A stretch of DNA of 59,070 nucleotides from a virus (lineage: Duplodnaviria; Caudoviricetes). The translations under genes were made by a program, and so were the position numbers. The notes beneath the pieces are model-generated. The model was not told the DNA's origin, searched no databases, and saw only the letters and a program-made list of their open reading frames with translations. The stretch spans positions 1-59,070 of the IMG/VR virus record IMGVR_UViG_3300048086_000027. One strand, written 5' to 3'. Positions 51,605-59,070 of this stretch are shown here, piece by piece (position 1 is the stretch's first letter; the number at the start of each line of letters is the position of its first letter).

Positions 51605-52696
51605 TGGGTTTCACATACAGAATGGTTCACACTTTTATCTTGGGCTTCACACTGGATTTGGTTCACACATCCATATTGGGCATCACTATAAACTTGGTTC
51701 ACACACATTGACATTGGCACTCACCGCTCTTATGGTTCGCACTCAATATATGGCACTCACCGCTCTTTTGGCTCACACTTCAGTTTTGGTACTCACCAAT
51801 TAATGGCTCACACAAAAGCGCTGGGCTTCACTCTTTTTTTGGTTCACACGTACTCTTTGGGCTTCACTACAATGCTGGCTCACACTCACCTTATGGGCGT
51901 CACGGATATACTGGTTCACACATCATTGATAGAACGCACAAGTCAGATGGTTCGCACTAATACCATGGGTTCCACTTATTGACTGGCTCACACTCATTGT
52001 CTGGGTTTCACATCGTTTTTGGCTCACACACTGCATTTGGTATGCACAGAATATTTGGTTCACACAGCTACATTGGTTCACACACTTCCTCTGGTACTCA
52101 CCATCTATTTGGTTCACACTCTGCCATTGGTACTCACCGGCGACAGGGTTCACTCTGGATCAATGGTATCCACGATCTCAGTGGTTCGCACGTACAACAT
52201 GGTACTCACCACTCGTATGGCTCGCACACATTCTCTGGTACACATTTGGTATCTGGCTCACACTCCTTCCCTTGGGTTTCACCTGGGCTATGGTTCACAC
52301 TTGTCAGATGGTACGCACGCCTTGTATGGTTCGCACGTGATACATGGAATTCACTGTTATTCTGGCTCATATGAGCACTCTGGGATACACGCCTTGACTG
52401 ATTCACACCATTACTATGGGCTTCACACTTGCAATGGTTCACTCATACTCTCTGGAACACACATTGGTTCTGGCTCGCACTTCATTGATGGAACTCACTA
52501 CCTCATTGGCTCACATACAGTTTATGGGGCTCACCGTTGTCATGGTTCACACGTCTATCTTGGTATTCACGCGACCACTGGTTCACACCTGAACTATGGG
52601 TTTCACTATGGACTTGGTTCACACGCTCTCAATGGGTTTCACAAACCCTTTGGCTCACACGGCTATCTTGGCACTCACTCCAAACATGGTTCACAC
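51605..52696 (-). ncRNA. TIGR-like dual-repeat guide RNA array (61 half-repeats, about 30 units of 36 nt)
   Basis: On the minus strand, GTGYGARCCA alternates with GTGANNNCCA, separated by mostly unique spacers of about 8 nt; starts 10 nt after the Tas-like stop codon. Confidence 0.85.
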
Positions 52697-52705
52697 TTTG
52701 ATTGG

Positions 52706-53560
52706 TTAAGCTCCAGACATTGGCCAATTAGGAATTTCGATCATATGAACATGCTCTAAGTGTGCTAGAGCATATGGTCGTGGAGCTGGATGCCCATAAT
52801 ACACCTCGTACATCACAGCGTGCACGTGCGAAAGAAAAATCTTCACAGCGTATCTCTCCGCCCTGGCTTGAATGTGCGCAGGTGGGAGCTGGCCCATCGA
52901 ATAATACCTGTAGGCGTCGGTCTCCTTGCCGATATTCTTCTCCTGGAGGATACGTGCAGCCTGCTCAGCATACTCTTTCCGCGCATTCTTCTCCATCTCA
53001 TAGAGTTTTCGGTCTCTGTACAAAGGGCCATAGAACGACCCATCACGGCCTGACGACTTGACGAAAGATTGTCCGATCTTCCAGCCCAGGACTTTCAAGC
53101 GAGCATTCCAGGGCCGCTTCGTCTTCTTTTCCCATTTCACAGTTGGATCATAACCCGCAAAACGCCACAAAGCGCCTGCTGTAGCGGTTTTGGTGATATC
53201 GATATGAGCTAAGAGCCCAGCAGCAATGACCGGCCCGATGCCCTTGACTGATAGCGCCCACTGCCCTGGGATCTGTGACTTTGCATATTGCTCCAACGCG
53301 CCCTTCACGTCTAGCTCTAGCTTCTCGTACATATCCTTGGTCCAGCCAATGAGGATGTTGGATTCATCCTGAGCAGAGCGGACCTGAGCAGCAGCTCCTA
53401 TGCGTAATTTTTGAAGGGTGTAGTAGAGGTCGACAAGATAGCGGCTCTGATCGGCGCTGAGCAAGGTGGCCGATTTCTTCAGGTCTCTGGTGAGCCGTGT
53501 GGCCGCAATTAACTCTTCAAGCGTGGGTTCTGATTCGGTCAGGTATTGTTCTGCTATCAT
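52706..53560 (-). CDS. tasA: TasA-like Nop-domain / IS110-related RNA-binding protein without a nuclease domain
   Basis: LVDLYYTLQKLRI coiled coil; VKGIGPVIAAGLLAHI...ALWRFAG HhH/Nop region; no RuvC or HNH motif seen; adjacent array. Confidence 0.8.
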   Translation of the reverse strand: MIAEQYLTESEPTLEELIAATRLTRDLKKSATLLSADQSRYLVDLYYTLQKLRIGAAAQVRSAQDESNILIGWTKDMYEKLELDVKGALEQYAKSQIPGQWALSVKGIGPVIAAGLLAHIDITKTATAGALWRFAGYDPTVKWEKKTKRPWNARLKVLGWKIGQSFVKSSGRDGSFYGPLYRDRKLYEMEKNARKEYAEQAARILQEKNIGKETDAYRYYSMGQLPPAHIQARAERYAVKIFLSHVHAVMYEVYYGHPAPRPYALAHLEHVHMIEIPNWPMSGA

Positions 53561-56468
53561 CTGGGTTGTTCCTTTCTGGCCGTGTCGAGCACGGCGGTAA
53601 TCTTCGCGGTAGCATAGGCGTCAATGGCCTGTAATCGTGGCAATTGTGGCAAGGTCACCAAAAATAAGTGACCAAACATCACTCGTTTCATGAGGCTCAC
53701 ATTCTGGCGTGCCTGTTGTAGACGTACGCAGAGCGGGCAGAGTGTGCCAGGCTCAGCACACCAGCGGCATTGATAGGCGCCACAAGAACAGGAGAGCCAG
53801 GTCAAATCTTCGCAGTACAGGCATGGGAGCATCACGCGGCTTGCTCCTCTGTCTGTTCTAGTGGACGCTCCTGGACACGGGCCAGGATCTTGCCAGGACA
53901 GGCTTGATCTTCAAAGATGTCCACAATCTCCCAACGCCGGTAGGCTTGTACGTAGCGATGGCGCAGAGCCATCTGGAAGGCGTCAAGGATCAGGGACTCA
54001 CTCATATCGGTGAGGTGCAACAAGGTTGGATCAATAACTGCAATCTCGACAACTTTCTCATTCATCGCTTTTTGCTCCCTCTCGATTTTCCTGCTCTGCT
54101 TTTTCATGGATGCATCGGATGAACTCTCGTACCTCGACCAACCCGGCAATATTTGCAGCAAGACCAGGGCTTGCACAACGATTTTGTTCATGCTGCATAA
54201 AGCCAATGGCGTTGGAAAGTTCAGAGATTGCTTTTAGCGTGTCTAACTCATTGGTCATCGCTGTTTCGCCCTCCATTCTTCTTCTAGTTGGGCAATTGCG
54301 CTTTCTGCAATGCCCTGATAGTGATCCGTAATTGGTGCTGGCTCAGCATTGGACTGCGCTTTTCCCTTGCGGCCTTGCACCCATTCAATGAGCAGCGTCA
54401 GCAGATACAGTGCAATATGGAAAAGTGCAAGGACACAGAGTCCGAACCCAATCAGGGCAGCACATATCATGCCCAGGAGTGGCCAATCAACGTAACGCAT
54501 GTGGCTCACCTCGCACAATCACGTCATAGGTAAAACTGCGCTCGCACGTGTATGGGATTGGCAATGAATTCAGCCGTTTCGGATAGAAGGACTTAAATGG
54601 ACGTCCAAACGTGATAAAGCGCCCAACAGAGAGCACAATGACCGATGGATAGAAGCCCTGGACAAGATAGAAGCGCTCGACAACAGCCTCTATGAGATCA
54701 AAGGTATGTTCGTAGGGATTCACCACACGAAGGTAGTGCCTACCCAGCTTGTCCATTGGCAAGCCTGGAGGCCTCACCAGAGCATGAGGAACCAGGATCT
54801 GGGTTTCTGTATCGATAATGTGTTGTGGTCTGGCTTCGCGTTCTACGGCACGCAAGCGGATCGGTGAAAGCGTCATTGCGGTGGCTCCTCTCCGAGCAGG
54901 ATAAGCTCTCTGGCGTCTAGTACTCCCTTCTCTTCACGCCATTCGCTGTCAGCGAGATCATCTACGCTATCTGTCAAATTATGATAGGCTTCAACGAGAT
55001 CCTGATATTTCCTCACTACCCCTTGCAAGGGAGTGATGTAGAGTTCTTGAATGCGGGCAGCCATCGCCTTAATAGTTGCCTTGTCCTGCTCATTGAACTC
55101 ATCCCAGCTTTGTGGTTCAGCATCGGGCACAATGGCTCGCACGATGTTATGTATAGCTTCTCCTGTAATCTTCACATTTCACCTCTTGCTTTCTGTGCAA
55201 GATACAACCTCGCACACTGATAAATTTTGTCCTGAGCTACGCTGTGTAGCATCAGCCCGGCATCACTCTCACCAGGGCGGCCATAGGGATAACACAAACG
55301 GTATCCTGGCTCATGTGAGAGCGAGACGGCAACAGGGTCACTCTCTGGCGTCTGAGCTACTGAGAACACCCAGTAGCCACCCCTTGCACGGAAATACCAG
55401 GGCAGGCCGTCAACGCGCCCCAGGGCCTGCACCGGGCAATACCCGGTGAGCCAACTAATTTGGATAGCGGAAGCAAGGCGAGTAGGCATCTAGGCGCCCT
55501 CCAGCTCGTTCTCATCGAGCGGAACAATGCGTAGAATGTGGGGAGGTAATTGCTCTTCCTCCATGATGTGGAGCAAAGAATTTGCAAGCACTGATGCGCG
55601 AGCTGCGGCCAAATGCGCACAGCCCAGACAGTTGGACTCATGGACTTCTTGCAAATCCTTTTGAATGGTTTTGAGAACGCCACGTAAGACGTGTTGGTTC
55701 ATGCGGCACCTCCCATGCTGGTGCTGGCGGCGTCTTCAATGACATAGTGCTGATAGAGGCGCCTGATTTCACCCGCAACTTCCGCCGCTCTGCTATCTTG
55801 CTTCAGTTCTTCCCATGGCTTATTCCAGTTCCAGAGGTAAGCAATCGCCTCTAGGAATTGTTGTGCAATCACTTCAGTCTCCCAGGCTTCCTCTGTTTCC
55901 CCAACAGCAAGGCCAGTCGCGAGATGTGTGACGGTGAAAAGCGGCTTCCCATCTTCTGTATCCTCGTCAATCCAATAGCCCAGACCAACGTTGATGGCAA
56001 CCTTGCCGGGATGTGGCAAGACCACCTTTTCACCAGTTTGTTTATGAACACAGGTTGTTTGAATGATGGCATCTTCGTACTTCATGCGGGTTGCTTCCTT
56101 TCATCTGTCTGTGGCTCACGCTGCTTCTGCCACAGATCATGCAAAATTGGTGTATCATTAGGGCCTTTATGGCACTGACAACGGCATGCAGCGTCAAGGC
56201 ATGCGACCAATGTAAGATCAGCTTGATGTCGTTGGGCGGTGCAGTGAAGGGCGTCAGGATGGACACAGCGACACATTTAATCAGACTCCACTTCTTTGAC
56301 TGCTAATAATGCTTCGTACAATTTTTCAGCATCTTCAGCCGTATCGGTAACAAATGTGATAAAGAGCCCAAGTGCCTCCCAGAGCACTTGATTGGGCCGG
56401 TTATCTTCAGGATCGATGCGCAGTTGTACGCATTCGCCCATCTTGTCTGTACCGTCTTTTGAGATCAT
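53557..56468 (-). other. Tightly packed small hypothetical genes (53557-53835, 53832-54062, 54058-54258, 54255-54500, 54487-54876, 54873-55175, 55172-55489, 55490-55702, 55699-56085, 56082-56276, 56277-56468)
   Basis: Co-oriented with overlapping start/stop codons. Confidence 0.65.
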
Positions 56469-57188
56469 TTATCGCTCCAATCCGCCCGAAAAGCAGAGTG
56501 CTTTCATCGGGCATTTTTCAGCACGCCTATCTGTTTTTGAAGTGCAGGCCCTGACTGGGATACGCCGGGTGAGCACTGCGCCCTTGACGCTGTACATCCT
56601 GTCGGTGTACTCCTGGGCTAAGGTGGCGTCATGCTCAATGATCCACACCTTGTACTGCTGCGTGTTCTTGTTCTCGACCAGCACAATGCCGCGCTCGATC
56701 CCTAAAATGTGCATGTAGAGGTTGCATTGTTTGTGAGCGCCTTCAGGAGGATCACTGCTCTCTTCTAGCTTCTCAAAGGTCTCCTGCTTGTATCCTTTGA
56801 TCTCGACGACATAGCGCTGGCCAGCGTACTCAATGACAGCATCAGGAGTGAAATGCAGGTAACGTGTTTCATCGTAGTGCGATGTCTCGACTTCCACCAC
56901 CCTTGCATGGTCCTGAAAGAGCCTCTGATATTTTTCGTGGAGTAACCACCCGTTGAGAAAGACCGCGTTTGTGTGGGCATCCCAGGGTTTGCTCTCTGGA
57001 TGTTTGGCCTGCTCAGGATAGAGCGCTAGCAGAACCTGACGCCTGAGACACCATTCAGAGGGAGCTTGCAGGATGCTTGATGCATGGGGAGCGCCAATAC
57101 GGAGAGGCTTTGCCGCTTCCCATTGGTTAAACATGTAATCAAGCTCTAATTTGAACAATTGGGCAACCGTGCGACTATTCATCTTCAC
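56469..57188 (-). CDS. Cas4-like PD-(D/E)XK exonuclease
   Basis: WC.RR, H, PDAVI, VEIKG, QCNLYM and three C-terminal Cys. Confidence 0.8.
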   Translation of the reverse strand: MKMNSRTVAQLFKLELDYMFNQWEAAKPLRIGAPHASSILQAPSEWCLRRQVLLALYPEQAKHPESKPWDAHTNAVFLNGWLLHEKYQRLFQDHARVVEVETSHYDETRYLHFTPDAVIEYAGQRYVVEIKGYKQETFEKLEESSDPPEGAHKQCNLYMHILGIERGIVLVENKNTQQYKVWIIEHDATLAQEYTDRMYSVKGAVLTRRIPVRACTSKTDRRAEKCPMKALCFSGGLER

Positions 57189-57231
57189 ATCCCTTTGTGG
57201 GCGGGCAGCAACACCCGCCCACAGCTAACAG

Positions 57232-57957
57232 TTAGAATTCGGGGATCTCGCTCTCACCGGTTTCAATGGTGACTGCTGCTTGCACATGTCCATTGCTGCT
57301 CTCAGAGACGCCAGTGAGCGGGGGGCAGGCAGCCAGGATCAACTCCTTAATCCGATCAGGCGTAGGTGTCGCTGCTTTGAGGCGTGGATCAAGAGGCTTG
57401 GCGGGCTTCGGGATGACGGTAAACTTCTTCTGCTGGCCAGCTCCATCTTGTTCGATGGTGAAGTCGTTGTTGAGGATACTGTTTCCGTAATCAGCATCTT
57501 TGTAGATGTTCTTGAATGAAGTCAGCACAGCGCTGATTGTCCCAAAGCTCGTCAATTCCAGTATGCGAATGCCATTTACTGCCTTTTCTACCTCACCGTC
57601 ATCAGTCTTTTCTTTGTAGGTGATCTGCTTGCCGGTTTTCGTGTCGATCACGGAGTAAACATAGACAGGCAGATAGAAGTAATTGGAGGCTTGCATCTTT
57701 CTATCGCTGGATGCCCCGGACTTCTCACAGTGCCAGCACGACTCCCCAATCTCTTTGGCGCAGATCGCGTTCACACGAGCGGACGGCTGCTCGCTCCATT
57801 TGTTGTGCTTTGCAAGAACGATCATCTCTGGCAGGTTATAGAGCGGGCGAACGGTGGCCTTTTCTCCATCCTTCAGGAAAAGGAAAACAGGCTTTTTACT
57901 GGCTCTGGGAGCACTTGCGCGTGCTAATTCAGATTCAATCAAATCAAGGACGTTCAT
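57232..57957 (-). CDS. Single-stranded DNA-binding protein (gp32-like)
   Basis: Zinc motif H...C...C.HC; acidic C-terminus SEIPEF. Confidence 0.7.
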   Translation of the reverse strand: MNVLDLIESELARASAPRASKKPVFLFLKDGEKATVRPLYNLPEMIVLAKHNKWSEQPSARVNAICAKEIGESCWHCEKSGASSDRKMQASNYFYLPVYVYSVIDTKTGKQITYKEKTDDGEVEKAVNGIRILELTSFGTISAVLTSFKNIYKDADYGNSILNNDFTIEQDGAGQQKKFTVIPKPAKPLDPRLKAATPTPDRIKELILAACPPLTGVSESSNGHVQAAVTIETGESEIPEF

Positions 57958-58048
57958 TTTCTTTCTTCTTTCTTCATTTCAAATTTCCTGAGTGACAGAT
58001 GCATCACAACCTTCCGAAACACCTGCACCTGTCACCTCATGAGATGAG

Positions 58049-58110
58049 TGTACCATAAATAAGATAGAATTGTCAAGAATATTGATAAAGTATCAAGAAT
58101 ATGATAAGAT
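58049..58110. promoter_or_regulatory. Divergent promoter/operator region
   Basis: TTGACA on -, TTGATA...TAAGAT on +; AAGATAGAATTGTCAAGAATA nearly identical to 8237-8257. Confidence 0.6.
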
Positions 58111-58144
58111 GATGGCAATGAAGTACATACACAGGAGGAATACA

Positions 58145-58348
58145 TTGACTGACGACATTTTTATAACCGTTGAGCAGGTTGCTGAACGGCTCCAGGTTCA
58201 CCCGGCCACCGTCACCAGATATATCAATGATGGGCGCTTAGAGGCTATTCAGATTGGCCGCAATTACCGTATCCATCCAGAGGCGTTCAATCGCTTCGTT
58301 GAGCAGCAGAAAGTGGAGACAGTGAAAGGCGCAGAATCGCCATGCTAG
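58145..58348 (+). CDS. Excisionase-like HTH_17 protein
   Basis: FITVEQVAERLQVHPATVTRYI..G.L.A..IGRNYRI; RBS AGGAGG before a TTG start. Confidence 0.8.
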   Translation: MTDDIFITVEQVAERLQVHPATVTRYINDGRLEAIQIGRNYRIHPEAFNRFVEQQKVETVKGAESPC

Positions 58349-59070
58349 AACTGTATCCTGACCAGCAAGAAGCCTTGAATGCTGTTCTGGCTCACTATAA
58401 CGCGCAGCCTGTCGGTGGTCGTGCCCTGGTAGTTGCCCCGACCGGATGGGGAAAAACAGTTTTGTTCAGCTCCCTTGCAAGGGGGCTCGCGGGCAGAACA
58501 GTGCTCATGATTGCCCATCGGGATGAACTGCTCAACCAGGCGCGCGACAAATTCCAGATGATTGATCCTTCTGCTATTGTGGGCAAGGTTGGTGGCGGTA
58601 TCCATGAGTATGGCGCGCCGATCACTGTCGCCGGGATCGACACGATAAGTCAGGAACGGCATCTGAAGAATCTACACAAGTTTGGCTATCACGTGGTGAT
58701 CTGGGATGAATCCCATCATTGCAGAGCGCCAAAATATGAGAAGGTGCGCGCTGTGCTGCCCGATGCTTTTCACCTGGGCGTCACCGCCACACCAGACAGG
58801 CTGGACAAAAAGTCACTTGAACCGCTCTTTGGGAAGCCTGTTTTCCAGATGAGCATTATTGAAGCTATCCAGCAGCATCGACTCTGCGATGTGCGGGCGA
58901 TAGCGATACGCACAGAAACGAATCTGGATGATATCCGTTCATCAAAAAATAGCGACGGTGAAACAGACTTCAATCAGCAGGACCTGGCCCACGCCGTTGA
59001 TACCGACGCCCGTAATAAGCGGTTAGTCGAAGCCTATCAAGAGCATGCCGACGGGCGACGGGCTATCTGC
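58342..59070 (+). CDS. SF2 helicase, N-terminal part (not in the ORF track; continues to 1141)
   Basis: Manual translation: APTGWGKT (Walker A), WDESHH (Walker B), GVTATPDR (motif III). Confidence 0.92.
   Translation, partial: MLELYPDQQEALNAVLAHYNAQPVGGRALVVAPTGWGKTVLFSSLARGLAGRTVLMIAHRDELLNQARDKFQMIDPSAIVGKVGGGIHEYGAPITVAGIDTISQERHLKNLHKFGYHVVIWDESHHCRAPKYEKVRAVLPDAFHLGVTATPDRLDKKSLEPLFGKPVFQMSIIEAIQQHRLCDVRAIAIRTETNLDDIRSSKNSDGETDFNQQDLAHAVDTDARNKRLVEAYQEHADGRRAIC

Noticed and set aside
52427-52434. Array spacer ACTTGCAA resembling the iterated palindrome
   Set aside because: A 7-nt partial match among about 60 spacers is plausible by chance, and the neighbouring spacers do not complete the site
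51605-52696. CRISPR array
   Set aside because: Repeats are 10 nt and alternate between two types, spacers are about 8 nt, and there is no cas1/cas2 or effector gene
51570-52759. His/Gly hexapeptide-repeat ORFs (GSHxxxGTHxxx) on the + strand
   Set aside because: By-product of the 18-nt DNA period: frames are broken by indels, there is no RBS, and nucleotide rather than amino-acid motifs are conserved
52706-53560. IS110 insertion sequence
   Set aside because: No N-terminal DEDD RuvC-like domain seen; the gene is translationally coupled within a phage operon and followed by a guide-like array
58944-59070. Biological direct terminal repeat
   Set aside because: 127 nt is a common assembler k-mer length and the overlap falls in the middle of the helicase gene

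Overview
The window is a complete, circular genome of about 58.9 kb from a temperate siphovirus-like phage. Bases 1-127 are repeated at 58944-59070 (assembly overlap), and an SF2 helicase gene reads through the junction. It carries replication and recombination genes (helicase, primase, DUF3987, RusA, SSB, Cas4-like nuclease), a tyrosine integrase beside an intact tRNA-Gly attP, a full head-tail module with a gpG/GT frameshift, and a GH25 endolysin with holins. A Chloroflexota (Ktedonobacteria-like) host is my inference from gene style only. Highlights: (1) a TIGR-Tas-like RNA-guided locus, i.e. a nuclease-less Nop/IS110-type protein followed by about 30 dual-repeat 36-nt units; (2) the palindrome CCTTGCAAGG, present in at least 25 exact copies and reused as RBS and -35 box; (3) a YrlA-like RNA that is a circularly permuted tRNA-Pro, plus two aberrant tRNA-like genes; (4) an ORF-less group I intron in a tail-region gene next to a free-standing HNH endonuclease; (5) a C5 methyltransferase split over two nested frames with four TRD-like repeats; (6) long direct and inverted repeats around int/attP; (7) duplicated tail-fibre-like modules, including a roughly 520-aa Arg/Thr repeat with no acidic residues. 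All calls were made by eye, without database searches.
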